DNA from: Nemertoderma westbladi
Taxonomy: Eukaryota; Animalia; Xenacoelomorpha
Reading direction: 5' to 3'
DNA: 64,000 nucleotides
Assembly: GCA_032718475.1 (NCBI GenBank)
Contig: JAUCBJ010000276.1
Coordinates: 39,485 to 103,484, forward strand
Shown here: in pieces, positions 1-15,000 of the stretch
Numbering within the stretch: position 1 is the stretch's first letter
Layout of the letters: every line of letters starts with the position of its first letter
Notes under the pieces: generated by a model
The model's database searches: none
What the model was told of the DNA's origin: nothing
What the model saw: only the letters and a program-made list of their open reading frames with translations
Position numbers and translations under genes: made by a program

Positions 1-3000
1 TCTAAGAAAACAGAGACAATATTATTGTGGTACCAGAGGTTCTTTGTAAATAATAGCCAGTCTAAGCAAACAGAGACAATATTATTGTGGTACCAGATGT
101 TCTTTGCAGATAATAGACAGTCTAAGAAAACAGAGACAATATTATTGTGGTACCAGAGGTTCTTTGTAGATAATAGCCAGTCTAAGCAAACAGAGACAAT
201 ATTATTGTGGTACCAGATGTTCTTTGTAGATAATAGCCAGTCTAAGCAAACAGAGACAATATTATTGTGGTACCAGGTGTTCTTTGTAGATAATAGCCAG
301 TCTAAGAAAACAGAGACAATATTATTGTGGTACCAGAGGTTCTTTGTAAATAATAGCCAGTCTAAGCAAACAGAGACAATATTATTGTGGTACCAGATGT
401 TCTTTGCAGATAATAGACAGTCTAAGAAAACAGAGACAATATTATTGTGGTACCAGAGGTTCTTTGTAGATAATAGCCAGTCTAAGCAAACAGAGACAAT
501 ATTATTGTGGTACCAGATGTTCTTTGTAGATAATAGCCAGTCTAAGCAAACAGAGACAATATTATTGTGGTACCAGGTGTTCTTTGTAGATAATAGCCAG
601 TCTAAGAAAACAGAGACAATATTATTGTGGTACCAGAGGTTCTTTGTAAATAATAGCCAGTCTAAGCAAACAGAGACAATATTATTGTGGTACCAGATGT
701 TCTTTGCAGATAATAGACAGTCTAAGAAAACAGAGACAATATTATTGTGGTACCAGAGGTTCTTTGTAGATAATAGCCAGTCTAAGCAAACAGAGATATT
801 ATTATTGTGGTACCAGAGGTTCTTTGTAGATAATAGCCAGTCTAAGCAAACAGAGACAATATTATTGTGGTACCAGAGGTTCTTTGTAGATAATAGCTAG
901 TCTAAGCAAACAGAGACAATATTATTGTGGTACAAGAGGTTCTTTGCAGATAATAGACAGTCTAAGAAAACAGAGACAATATTATTGTGGTACCAGAGGT
1001 TCTTTGTAGATAATAGCCAGTCTAAGCAAACAGAGACAATATTATTGTGGTACCAGATGTTCTTTGTAGATAATAGCCAGTCTAAGAAAACAGAGACAAT
1101 ATTATTGTGGTACCAGAGGTTCTTTGTAGATAATAGCCAGTCTAAGCAAACAGAGACAATATTATTGTGGTACCAGAGGTTCTTTGCAGATAATAGACAG
1201 TCTAAGAAAACAGAGACAATATTATTGTGGTACCAGAGGTTCTTTGTAGATAATAGCCAGTCTAAGCAAACAGAGACAATATTATTGTGGTACCAGATGT
1301 TCTTTGTAGATAATAGCCAGTCTAAGAAAACAGAGACAATATTATTGTGGTACCAGAGGTTCTTTGTAGATAATAGCCAGTCTAAGCAAACAGAGACATT
1401 ATTATTGTGGTACCAGAGGTTCTTTGTAGATAATAGCTAGTCTAAGCAAACAGAGACAATATTATTGTGGTACCAGAGGTTCTTTGTAGATAATAGCTAG
1501 TCTAAGCAAACAGAGACAATATTATTGTGGTACCAGAGGTTCTTTAAAGATAATAGCCAGTCTAAGCAAACAGAGACAATATTATTGTGGTACCAGAGGT
1601 TCTTTGCAGATAATAGACAGTCTAAGAAAACAGAGACAATATTATTGTGGTACCAGAGGTTCTTTGTAGATAATAGCCAGTCTAAGCAAACAGAGACAAT
1701 ATTATTGTGGTACCAGATGTTCTTTGCAGATAATAGACAGTCTAAGAAAACAGAGACAATATTATTGTGGTACCAGAGGTTCTTTGTAGATAATAGCCAG
1801 TCTAAGCAAACAGAGATAATATTATTGTGGTACCAGAGGTTCTTTGTAGATAATAGCTAGTCTAAGCAAACAGAGACAATATTATTGTGGTACCAGAGGT
1901 TCTTTGTAGATAATAGCTAGTCTAAGCAAACAGAGACAATATTATTGTGGTACCAGAGGTTCTTTGTAGATAATAGCCAGTCTAAGCAAACAGAGACAAT
2001 ATTATTGTGGTACCAGAGGTTCTTTGTAGATAATAGCCAGTCTAAGCAAACAGAGACAATATTATTGTGGTACTAAAGGTTCTTTGTAGATAATAGCCAG
2101 TCGAAGCAAACAGAGACAATATTATTGTGGTACCAGAGGTTCTTTGTAGATAATAGCTAGTCTAAGCAAACAGAGACAATATTATTGTGGTACCAGAGGT
2201 TCTTTGTAGATAATAGCCAGTCTAAGCAAACAGAGACAATATTATTGTGGTACCAGAGGTTCTTTGTAGATAATAGCCAGTCTAAGCAAACAGAGACAAT
2301 ATTATTGTGGTACTAAAGGTTCTTTGTAGATAATAGCCAGTCTAAGCAAACAGAGACAATATTATTGTGGTACCAGAGGTTCTTTGTAGATAATAGCTAG
2401 TCTAAGCAAACAGAGACAATATTATTGTGGTACCAGAGGTTCTTTGTAGATAATAGCCAGTCTAAGCAAACAGAGACAATATTATTGTGGTACCAGAGGT
2501 TCTTTGTAGATAATAGCCAGTCTAAGCAAACAGAGACAATATTATTGTGGTACCAGAGGTTCTTTGTAGATAATAGCCAGTCTAAGCAAACAGAGACAAT
2601 ATTATTGTGGTACCAGAGGTTCTTTGTAGATAATAGCTAGTCTAAGCAAACAGAGACAATATTATTGTGGTACCAGAGGTTCTTTGTAGATAATAGCTAG
2701 TCTAAGCAAACAGAGACAATATTATTGTGGTACCAGAGGTTCTTTGTAGATAATAGCCAGTCTAAGCAAACAGAGACAATATTATTGTGGTACCAGAGGT
2801 TCTTTGTAGATAATAGCTAGTCTAAGCAAACAGAGACAATATTATTGTGGTACCAGAGGTTCTTTGTAGATAATAGCCAGTCTAAGCAAACAGAGACAAT
2901 ATTATTGTGGTACCAGAGGTTCTTTGTAGATAATAGCCAGTCTAAGCAAACAGAGACAATATTATTGTGGTACCAGAGGTTCTTTGTAGATAATAGCCAG

Positions 3001-6000
3001 TCTAAGCAAACAGAGACAATATTATTGTGGTACCAGAGGTTCTTTGTAGATAATAGCCAGTCTAAGCAAACAGAGACAATATTATTGTGGTACCAGAGGT
3101 TCTTTGTAGATAATAGCCAGTCTAAGCAAACAGAGACAATATTATTGTGGTACCAGAGGTTCTTTGTAGATAATAGCCAGTCTAAGCAAACAGAGACAAT
3201 ATTATTGTGGTACCAGAGGTTCTTTGTAGATAATAGCCAGTCTAAGCAAACAGAGACAATATTATTGTGGTACCAGAGGTTCTTTGTAGATAATAGCCAG
3301 TCTAAGCAAACAGAGACAATATTATTGTGGTACCAGAGGTTCTTTGTAGATAATAGCCAGTCTAAGCAAACAGAGACAATATTATTGTGGTACCAGAGGT
3401 TCTTTGTAGATAATAGCTAGTCTAAGCAAACAGAGACAATATTATTGTGGTACCAGAGGTTCTTTGTAGATAATAGCCAGTCTAAGCAAACAGAGACAAT
3501 ATTATTGTGGTACCAGAGGTTCTTTGTAGATAATAGCCAGTCTAAGCAAACAGAGACAATATTATTGTGGTACCAGAGGTTCTTTGTAGATAATAGCCAG
3601 TCTAAGCAAACAGAGACAATATTATTGTGGTACCAGAGGTTCTTTGTAGATAATAGCCAGTCTAAGCAAACAGAGACAATATTATTGTGGTACCAGAGGT
3701 TCTTTGTAGATAATAGCTAGTCTAAGCAAACAGAGACAATATTATTGTGGTACCAGAGGTTCTTTGTAGATAATAGCCAGTCTAAGCAAACAGAGACAAT
3801 ATTATTGTGGTACCAGAGGTTCTTTGTAGATAATAGCCAGTCTAAGCAAACAGAGACAATATTATTGTGGTACCAGAGGTTCTTTGTAGATAATAGCCAG
3901 TCTAAGCAAACAGAGACAATATTATTGTGGTACCAGAGGTTCTTTGTAGATAATAGCTAGTCTAAGCAAACAGAGACAATATTATTGTGGTACCAGAGGT
4001 TCTTTGTAGATAATAGCCAGTCTAAGCAAACAGAGACAATATTATTGGGGTACCAGAGGTTCTTTGTAGATAATAGCCAGTCTAAGCAAACAGAGACAAT
4101 ATTATTGTGGTACCAGAGGTTCTTTGTAGATAATAGCTAGTCTAAGCAAACAGAGACAATATTATTGGGGTACCAGAGGTTCTTTGTAGATAATAGCCAG
4201 TCTAAGCAAACAGAGACAATATTATTGTGGTACCAGAGGTTCTTTGTAGATAATAGCCAGTCTAAGCAAACAGAGACAATATTATTGTGGTACTAAAGGT
4301 TCTTTGTAGATAATAGCCAGTCGAAGCAAACAGAGATAATATTATTGTGGTACCAGAGGTTCTTTGTAGATAATAGCTAGTCTAAGCAAACAGAGACAAT
4401 ATTATTGTGGTACCAGAGGTTCTTTGTAGATAATAGCCAGTCTAAGCAAACAGAGACAATATTATTGTGGTACCAGAGGTTCTTTGTAGATAATAGCTAG
4501 TCTAAGCAAACAGAGACAATATTATTGTGGTACCAGAGGTTCTTTGTAGATAATAGCCAGTCTAAGCAAACAGAGACAATATTATTGTGGTACCAGAGGT
4601 TCTTTGTAGATAATAGCCAGTCTAAGCAAACAGAGACAATATTATTGTGGTACCAGAGGTTCTTTGTAGATAATAGCTAGTCTAAGCAAACAGAGACAAT
4701 ATTATTGTGGTACCAGAGGTTCTTTGTAGATAATAGCCAGTCTAAGCAAACAGAGACAATATTATTGTGGTACAAGAGGTTCTTTGTAGATAATAGCTAG
4801 TCTAAGCAAACAGAGACAATATTATTGTGGTACTAAAGGTTCTTTGTAGATAATAGCTAGTCTAAGCAAACAGAGACAATATTATTGTGGTACTAAAGGT
4901 TCTTTGTAGATAATAGCCAGTCGAAGCAAACAGAGATAATATTATTGTGGTACCAGAGGTTCTTTGTAGATAATAGCTAGTCTAAGCAAACAGAGACAAT
5001 ATTATTGTGGTACTAAAGGTTCTTTGTAGATAATAGCCAGTCGAAGCAAACAGAGATAATATTATTGTGGTACCAGAGGTTCTTTGTAGATAATAGCCAG
5101 TCTAAGCAAACAGAGACAATATTATTGTGGTACTAAAGGTTCTTTGTAGATAATAGCTAGTCTAAGCAAACAGAGACAATATTATTGTGGTACTAAAGGT
5201 TCTTTGTAGATAATAGCCAGTCGAAGCAAACAGAGATAATATTATTGTGGTACCAGAGGTTCTTTGTAGATAATAGCCAATCTAAGCAAACAGAGACAAT
5301 ATTATTGTGGTACCAGAGGTTCTTTAAAGATAATAGCCAGTCGAAGCAAACAGAGACAATATTATTGTGGTACTAAAGGTTCTTTGTAGATAATAGCCAG
5401 TCGAAGCAAACAGAGATAATATTATTGTGGTACCAGAGGTTCTTTGTAGATAATAGCTAGTCTAAGCAAACAGAGACAATATTATTGTGGTACTAAAGGT
5501 TCTTTGTAGATAATAGCCAGTCTAAGCAAACAGAGACAATATTATTGTGGTACCAGAGGTTCTTTGTAGATAATAGCTAGTCTAAGCAAACAGAGACAAT
5601 ATTATTGTGGTACTAAAGGTTCTTTGTAGATAATAGCCAGTCGAAGCAAACAGAGACAATATTATTTTGGTACCAGAGGTTCTCTGTAGATAATAGCCAG
5701 TCGAAGCAAACAGAGATAATATTATTGTGGTACCAGAGGTTCTTTGTAGATAATAGCTAGTCTAAGCAAACAGAGACAATATTATTTTGGTACCAGATGT
5801 TCTCTGTAGATAATAGCCAGTCGAAGCAAACAGAGATAATATTATTGTGGTACCAGAGGTTCTTTGTAGATAATAGCTAGTCTAAGCAAACAGAGACAAT
5901 ATTATTTTGGTACCAGATGTTCTTTGTAGATAATAGCTAGTCTAAGCAAACAGAGACAATATTATTGTGGCACCAGAGGTTCTCTGTAGATAATAGCCAG

Positions 6001-9000
6001 TCGAAGCAAACAGAGATAATATTATTGTGGTACCAGAGGTTCTTTGTAGATAATAGCTAGTCTAAGCAAACAGAGACAATATTATTGTGGTACTAAAGGT
6101 TCTTTGTAGATAATAGCTAGTCTAAGCAAACAGAGACAATATTATTGTGGTACTAAAGGTTCTTTGTAGATAATAGCCAGTCGAAGCAAACAGAGATAAT
6201 ATTATTGTGGTACCAGAGGTTCTTTGTAGATAATAGCTAGTCTAAGCAAACAGAGACAATATTATTGTGGTACTAAAGGTTCTTTGTAGATAATAGCTAG
6301 TCTAAGCAAACAGAGACAATATTATTGTGGTACTAAAGGTTCTTTGTAGATAATAGCTAGTCTAAGCAAACAGAGACAATATTATTGTGGTACTAAAGGT
6401 TCTTTGTAGATAATAGCCAGTCGAAGCAAACAGAGATAATATTATTGTGGTACCAGAGGTTCTTTGTAGATAATAGCTAGTCTAAGCAAACAGAGACAAT
6501 ATTATTGTGGTACCAGAGGTTCTTTGTAGATAATAGCTAGTCTAAGCAAACAGAGACAATATTTTTGTGGTACTAAAGGTTCTTTGTAGATAATAGCCAG
6601 TCGAAGCAAACAGAGATAATATTATTGTGGTACCAGATGTTCTTTGTAGATAATAGCCAGTCTAAGCAAACAGAGACAATATTATTGTGGTACCAGAGGT
6701 TCTTTGTAGATAATAGCTAGTCTAAGCAAACAGAGACAATATTTTTGTGGTACTAAAGGTTCTTTGTAGATAATAGCCAGTCGAAGCAAACAGAGATAAT
6801 ATTATTGTGGTACCAGATGTTCTTTGTAGATAATAGCCAGTCTAAGCAAACAGAGACAATATTATTGTGGTACCAATGGTTCTTTGTAGATAATAGACAG
6901 TCTAAGCAAACAGAGACAATATTATTGTGGTACTAAAGGTTCTTTGTAGATAATAGCCAGTCGAAGCAAACAGAGATAATATTATTGTGGTACCAGAGGT
7001 TCTTTGTAGATAATAGCCAGTCGAAGCAAACAGAGACAATATTATTGTGGTACTAAAGGTTCTTTGTAGATAATAGCTAGTCTAAGCAAACAGAGACAAT
7101 ATTATTGTGGTACTAAAGGTTCTTTGTAGATAATAGCCAGTCGAAGCAAACAGAGATAATATTATTGTGGTACCAGATGTTCTTTGTAGATAATAGACAG
7201 TCTAAGCAAACAGAGACAATATTATTGTGGTACTAAAGGTTCTTTGTAGATAATAGCCAGTCGAAGCAAACAGAGATAATATTATTGTGGTACCAGAGGT
7301 TCTTTGTAGATAATAGCCAGTCGAAGCAAACAGAGATAATATTATTGTGGTACCAGAGGTTCTTTGTAGATAATAGCTAGTCTAAGCAAACAGAGACAAT
7401 ATTATTGTGGTACTAAAGGTTCTTTGTAGATAATAGCTAGTCTAAGCAAACAGAGACAATATTATTGTGGTACTAAAGGTTCTTTGTAGATAATAGCCAG
7501 TCGAAGCAAACAGAGATAATATTATTGTGGTACCAGATGTTCTTTGTAGATAATAGCTAGTCTAAGCAAACAGAGACAATATTATTGTGGTACTAAAGGT
7601 TCTTTGTAGATAATAGCCAGTCGAAGCAAACAGAGACAATATTATTGTGGTACTAAAGGTTCTTTGTAGATAATAGCTAGTCTAAGCAAACAGAGACAAT
7701 ATTATTGTGGTACTAAAGGTTCTTTGTAGATAATAGCCAGTCTAAGCAAACAGAGACAATATTATTGTGGTACCAGAGGTTCTTTGTAGATAATAGCTAG
7801 TCTAAGCAAACAGAGACAATATTATTGTGGTACTAAAGGTTCTTTGTAGATAATAGCCAGTCTAAGCAAACAGAGACAATATTATTGTGGTACCAGAGGT
7901 TCTTTGTAGATAATAGCTAGTCTAAGCAAACAGAGACAATATTATTGTGGTACTAAAGGTTCTTTGTAGATAATAGCTAGTCTAAGCAAACAGAGACAAT
8001 ATTATTGTGGTACTAAAGGTTCTTTGTAGATAATAGCCAGTCGAAGCAAACAGAGATAATATTATTGTGGTACCAGAGGTTCTTTGTAGATAATAGCAGT
8101 CTAAGCAAACAGAGACAATATTATTGGGGTACCAGAGGTTCTTTGTAGATAATAGCCAGTCTAAGCAAACAGAGACAATATTATTGTGGTACCAGAGGTT
8201 CTTTGTAAATAATAGCCCGTCTAAGAAAACAGAGACAATATTATTGTGGTACCAGAGGTTCTTTGTAGATAATAGCCAGTCTAAGCAAACAGAGACAATA
8301 TTATTGTGGTACCAGAGGTTCTTTGTAGATAATAGACAGTCTAAGCAAACAGAGACAATATTATTGTGTTACCAGAGGTTCTTTATATATAATAGCCAGT
8401 CTAAGCAAACATATACAATATTAACGTGGTACCAGAGGTTCTTTGTAAATAATACCCCGTCTAAGAAAACAGAGACAATATTATTGTGGTACCAGAGGTT
8501 CTTTGTAGATAATAGCCAGTCTAAGCAAACAGAGACAATATTATTGTGGTACCAGAGGTTCTTTGTAAATAATAGCCCGTCTAAGAAAACAGAGACAATA
8601 TTATTGTGGTACCAGAGGTTCTTTGTAGATAATAGCCAGTCTAAGCAAACAGAGACAATATTATTGTGGTACCAGAGGTTCTTTGTAGATAATAGACAGT
8701 CTAAGCAAACAGAGACAATATTATTGTGTTACCAGAGGTTCTTTATATATAATAGCCAGTCTAAGCAAACATATACAATATTATTGGGGTACCAGAGGTT
8801 CTTTGTAAATAATAGCCAGTTTAAGCAAACAGAGACAATATTATTGTGGTACCAGAGGTTCTTTGTAGATAATAGCCAGTCTAAGCAAACAGAGACAATA
8901 TTATTGTGGTACCAGAGGTTCTTTGTGAATAATAGCCAGTCTAAGCAAACAGAGACAATATTATTGTGGTACCAGAGGTTCTTTGTAGATAATAGCCAGT

Positions 9001-11854
9001 CTAAGCCAACAGAGACAATATTATTGTGGTACCAGAGGTTCTTTGTAGATAATAGCCAGTCTAAGCAAACAGAAATAATATCATTGTGGTACCAGAGGTT
9101 CTCTGTAGATAATAGACAGACCAAGCAAACAGAGACAATATTATTGTGGTACCAAAGGTTCTATGTAGATAACAGCCAGTCTAAGCAAACAGAGACAATA
9201 TTATTGGGGTACCAGAGGTTCTTTGTAGATAATAGCCAGTCGAAGCAAACAGAGATAATATTATTGTGGTACCAGAGGTTCTTTGTAGATAATAGCCAGT
9301 CGAAGCAAACAGAGACAATATTATTGTGGTACTAAAGGTTCTTTGTAGATAATAGCTAGTCTAAGCAAACAGAGACAATATTATTGTGGTACTAAAGGTT
9401 CTTTGTAGATAATAGCTAGTCTAAGCAAACAGAGACAATATTATTGTGGTACTAAAGGTTCTTTGTAGATAATAGCCAGTCGAAGCAAACAGAGATAATA
9501 TTATTGTGGTACCAGATGTTCTTTGTAGATAATAGACAGTCTAAGCAAACAGAGACAATATTATTGTGGTACTAAAGGTTCTTTGTAGATAATAGCCAGT
9601 CGAAGCAAACAGAGATAATATTATTGTGGTACCAGAGGTTCTTTGTAGATAATAGCCAGTCGAAGCAAACAGAGACAATATTATTGTGGTACTAAAGGTT
9701 CTTTGTAGATAATAGCCAGTCGAAGCAAACAGAGATAATATTATTGTGGTACCAGAGGTTCTTTGTAGATAATAGCCAGTCGAAGCAAACAGAGACAATA
9801 TTATTGTGGTACTAAAGGTTCTTTGTAGATAATAGCTAGTCTAAGCAAACAGAGACAATATTATTGTGGTACTAAAGGTTCTTTGTAGATAATAGCTAGT
9901 CTAAGCAAACAGAGACAATATTATTGTGGTACTAAAGGTTCTTTGTAGATAATAGCCAGTCTAAGCAAACAGAGACAATATTAACGTGGTACCAGAGGTT
10001 CTTTGTAAATAATACCCCGTCTAAGAAAACAGAGACAATATTATTGTGGTACCAGAGGTTCTTTGTAGATAATAGCCAGTCTAAGCAAACAGAGACAATA
10101 TTATTGTGGTACCAGAGGTTCTTTGTAAATAATAGCCCGTCTAAGAAAACAGAGACAATATTATTGTGGTACCAGAGGTTCTTTGTAGATAATAGCCAGT
10201 CTAAGCAAACAGAGACAATATTATTGTGGTACCAGAGGTTCTTTGTAGATAATAGACAGTCTAAGCAAACAGAGACAATATTATTGTGTTACCAGAGGTT
10301 CTTTATATATAATAGCCAGTCTAAGCAAACATATACAATATTATTGGGGTACCAGAGGTTCTTTGTAAATAATAGCCAGTTTAAGCAAACAGAGACAATA
10401 TTATTGTGGTACCAGAGGTTCTTTGTAGATAATAGCCAGTCTAAGCAAACAGAGACAATATTATTGTGGTACCAGAGGTTCTTTGTGAATAATAGCCAGT
10501 CTAAGCAAACAGAGACAATATTATTGTGGTACCAGAGGTTCTTTGTAGATAATAGCCAGTCTAAGCCAACAGAGACAATATTATTGTGGTACCAGAGGTT
10601 CTTTGTAGATAATAGCCAGTCTAAGCAAACAGAAATAATATCATTGTGGTACCAGAGGTTCTCTGTAGATAATAGACAGACCAAGCAAACAGAGACAATA
10701 TTATTGTGGTACCAAAGGTTCTATGTAGATAACAGCCAGTCTAAGCAAACAGAGACAATATTATTGGGGTACCAGAGGTTCTTTGTAGATAATAGACAGT
10801 CTAAGCAAACAGATACAATATTATTGTGGTACCAGAGGTTCTTTGTAGATAATAGCCAGTCTAAGCAAACAGATACAATATTATTGTGGTACCAGAGGTT
10901 CTTTGTAGATAATAGCAAATCTAAGCAAACAGAGACAATATTATTGTGGTACCAGATGTTCTTTGTAGATAATAATAGCCAATCTAAGCAAACAGATACA
11001 ATATTATTGTGGTACCAGAGGTTCTTTGTAAATAATAGCCAGTCTAAGCAAACAGAGACAATATTATTGTGGTACCAGAGGTTCTTTGTAAATAATAGAC
11101 AGTCTAAGCAAACAGAGACAATATTATTATAGAACCAGAGGTTCTTTGTAGATAATAGCCAGTCTAAGCAAACAGAGATAATATTATTGTGGAACCAGAG
11201 GTTCTTTGTAGATAATAGCCAGTCTAAGCAAACAGAGACAATATTATTGTGGTACAAGAGGTTGTTTGTAGATAATAGCCAGTCTAAGCAAACAGAGATA
11301 ATATTATTGTGGTACCAGATGTTGTTTGTAGATAATAACCAGTCTAAGAAAATAGAGACAATATTATTGTGGTACAAGAGGTTCTTTGTAGATAATAGCC
11401 AGTCTAAGCAAACAGAGATAATATTATTGTGGTAACAGATGTTCTTTGTAGATAATAGCCAGTCTAAGCAAACAGAGACAATATTATTGTGGAACCAGAG
11501 GCTCTTTGTAGATAATAGCCAGTCTAAGCAAACAGAGACAATATTATTGTGGAACCAGAGGCTCTTTGTAGATAATAGCCAGTCTAAGCAAACAGAGACA
11601 ATATTATTGTGGTACCAGAGGTTCTTTAAAGATAATAGACAGTCTAAGAAAACAGAGACAATATTATTGTGATACAAGAGGTTCTTTGTAGATAATAGCC
11701 AATCTAAGCAAACAAAGATAATATTATTGTGGTACCAGATGTTCTTTGTAGATAATAGACAGTCTAAGCAAACAGAGACAATATTATTGTAGTACCAGAG
11801 GTTCTTTAAAGATAATAGCCAGTCTAAGCAAACAGAGACAATATTATTGTGGTA

Positions 11855-12088
11855 GCAAAAGCAAACAGTCGGCCGAAGCCGGAGGCGACCCGAAGGCTCC
11901 TCTTTCGATAGCTGCTACCCGAGGGTAGGGGTGGTCGCTACTCCTATCCCAAGATTTGCTCCCAGTTATTTAACTGGTACTCATTTTATCGACCCCAGTG
12001 GATGAAAGGCTGAGTGGACCCTGGCGGGATGAACCTACAACCAATAGATTGCAGGCCCGGCGCTCAACCAACTGAGCTACCCCGCCGT
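11855..12088 (-). mobile_element. tRNA-derived SINE inserted in the satellite, 14-bp TSD
   Basis: The minus strand starts GGCGGGGTAGCTCAGTTGGTTGAGCG (tRNA-like 5' end and A box), followed by a B-box-like GGTTCATCCC and a central CTCAGCCTTTCATCC...GGGGTCGATAAAATGAGTACCAG block typical of metazoan tRNA-SINEs. It ends in a short TTTGC-type tail. ATATTATTGTGGTA is duplicated at 11841-11854 and 12089-12102. Confidence 0.9.
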
Positions 12089-15000
12089 ATATTATTGTGG
12101 TACCAGAGGTTCTTTAAAGATAATAGCCAGTCTAAGCAAACAGAGACCATATTATTGTGGTACCAGATGTTCTTTGTAGATAATAGCCATTCTAAGCAAA
12201 CACAGACAATATTATTGTGGTAACAGACAATCTTTGTAAATAATAGCCAGTCTAAGCAAACAGAGACAATATTATTGTGGTACCAGAGGTTCTTTGTAGA
12301 TAATAGACAGTCTAAGAAAACAGAGACAATATTATTGTGGTACAAGAGGTTCTTTGTAGATAATAGCCAATCTAAGCAAACAGAGACAATATTATTGTGG
12401 CACCAGAGGTTCTTTGTGGATAATAGCCAGTCTAAGCAAACAGAGACAATATTATTGTGGAACCAGAGGTTCTTTGTAGATAATAGCCATTCTAAGCAAA
12501 CAGAGACAATATTATTGTGGTACCAGAGGTTCTTTAAAGATAATAGCCAGTCTAAGCAAACAGAGACAATATTATTGTGGTACCAGATGTTCTTTGTAGA
12601 TTATAGCCATTCTAAGCAAACACAGACAATATTATTGTGGTAACAGACAATCTTTGTAAATAATAGCCAGTCTAAGCAAACAGAGACAATATTATTGTGG
12701 TACCAGAGGTTCTTTGTAGATAATAGACAGTCTAAGAAAACAGAGACAATATTATTGTGGTACAAGAGGTTCTTTGTAGATAATAGCCAATCTAAGCAAA
12801 CAGAGACAATATTATTGTGGCACCAGAGGTTCTTTGTGGATAATAGCCAGTCTAAGCAAACAGAGACAATATTATTGTGGAACCAGAGGTTCTTTGTAGA
12901 TAATAGCCAGTCTAAGCAAACAGAGACAATATTATTGTGGTACCAGAGGTTCTTTGTAGATAATAGCCAGTCTAAGCAAACAGAGACAATATTATTGTGG
13001 TACTAAAGGTTCTTTGTAGATAATAGACAGTCTAAGCAAACAGAGACAATAATATTGTGGTACCAGAGGTTCTTTAAAGATAATAGCCAATCTAAGCAAA
13101 CAGAGACAATATTATTGTGGTACCAGAGGTTCTTTAAAGATAATAGCCAGTCTAAGCAAACAGAGACATATTATTGTGGTACCAGAGGTTCTTTGTAGAT
13201 AATAGCCAGTCTAAGCAAACAGAGACAATATTATTGTGGTACTAAAGGTTCTTTGTAGATAATAGACAGTCTAAGCAAACAGAGACAATAATATTGTGGT
13301 ACCAGAGGTTCTTTGTAGATAATAGCCAGTCTAAGCAAACAGAGACAATATTATTGTGGTACTAAAGGTTCTTTGTAGATAATAGACAGTCTAAGCAAAC
13401 AGAGACAATAATATTGTGGTACCAGAGGTTCTTTAAAGATAATAGCCAATCTAAGCAAACAGAGACAATATTATTGTGGTACCAGAGGTTCTTTAAAGAT
13501 AATAGCCAGTCTAAGCAAACAGAGACAATATTATTGTGGTACCAGAGGTTCTTTGTAGATAATAGCCAGTCTAAGCAAACAGAGACAATATTATTGTGGT
13601 ACTAAAGGTTCTTTGTAGATAATAGACAGTCTAAGCAAACAGAGACAATAATATTGTGGTACCAGAGGTTCTTTAAAGATAATAGCCAGTCTAAGCAAAC
13701 AGAGACAATATTATTGTGGTACCAGAGGTTCTTTGTAGATAATAGCCAGTCTAAGCAAACAGAGACAATATTATTGTGGTACCAGAGGTTCTTTAAAGAT
13801 AATAGCCAGTCTAAGCAAACAGAGACATATTATTGTGGTACCAGAGGTTCTTTGTAGATAATAGCCAGTCTAAGCAAACAGAGACAATATTATTGTGGTA
13901 CTAAAGGTTCTTTGTAGATAATAGACAGTCTAAGCAAACAGAGACAATAATATTGTGGTACCAGAGGTTCTTTGTAGATAATAGCCAGTCTAAGCAAACA
14001 GAGACAATATTATTGTGGTACTAAAGGTTCTTTGTAGATAATAGACAGTCTAAGCAAACAGAGACAATAATATTGTGGTACCAGAGGTTCTTTAAAGATA
14101 ATAGCCAATCTAAGCAAACAGAGACAATATTATTGTGGTACCAGAGGTTCTTTAAAGATAATAGCCAGTCTAAGCAAACAGAGACAATATTATTGTGGTA
14201 CTAAAGGTTCTTTGTAGATAATAGACAGTCTAAGCAAACAGAGACAATAATATTGTGGTACCAGAGGTTCTTTAAAGATAATAGCCAATCTAAGCAAACA
14301 GAGACAATATTATTGTGGTACCAGAGGTTCTTTGTAGATAATAGCCAGTCTAAGCAAACAGAGACAATATCATTGCGGTACCAGAGGTTCTTTGTAGATA
14401 ATAGCCAGTCTAAGCAAACAGAGACAATATTATTGTGGTACTAAAGGTTCTTTGTAGATAATAGCCAATCTAAGCAAACAGAGACAATATTATTGTGGCA
14501 CCAGAGGTTCTTTGTGGATAATAGCCAGTCTAAGCAAACAGAGACAATATTATTGTGGTACCAGAGGTTCTTTGTAGATAATAGCCAGTCTAAGCAAACA
14601 GAGACAATATTATTGTGGTACCAGAGGTTCTTTGTAGATAATAGCCAGTCTAAGCAAACAGAGACAATATTATTGTGGTACTAAAGGTTCTTTGTAGATA
14701 ATAGCCAGTCTAAGCAAACAGAGACAATAATATTGTGGTACCAGAGGTTCTTTAAAGATAATAGCCAATCTAAGCAAACAGAGACAATATTATTGTGGTA
14801 CCAGAGGTTCTTTAAAGATAATAGCCAGTCTAAGCAAACAGAGACAATATTATTGTGGTACTAAAGTTTCTTTGTAGATAATAGCCAGTCTAAGCAAACA
14901 GAGACAATATTATTGTGGTACCAGAGGTTCTTTGTAGATAATAGCCAATCTAAGCAAACAGAGACAATATTATTGTGGAACCAGAGGTTCTTTGTAGATA

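Noticed and set aside
12020-12088. Functional tRNA gene (same consideration for 62580-62657)
   Set aside because: The cloverleafs are incomplete and each continues into a SINE body; the first has a TSD. Both are SINE heads.
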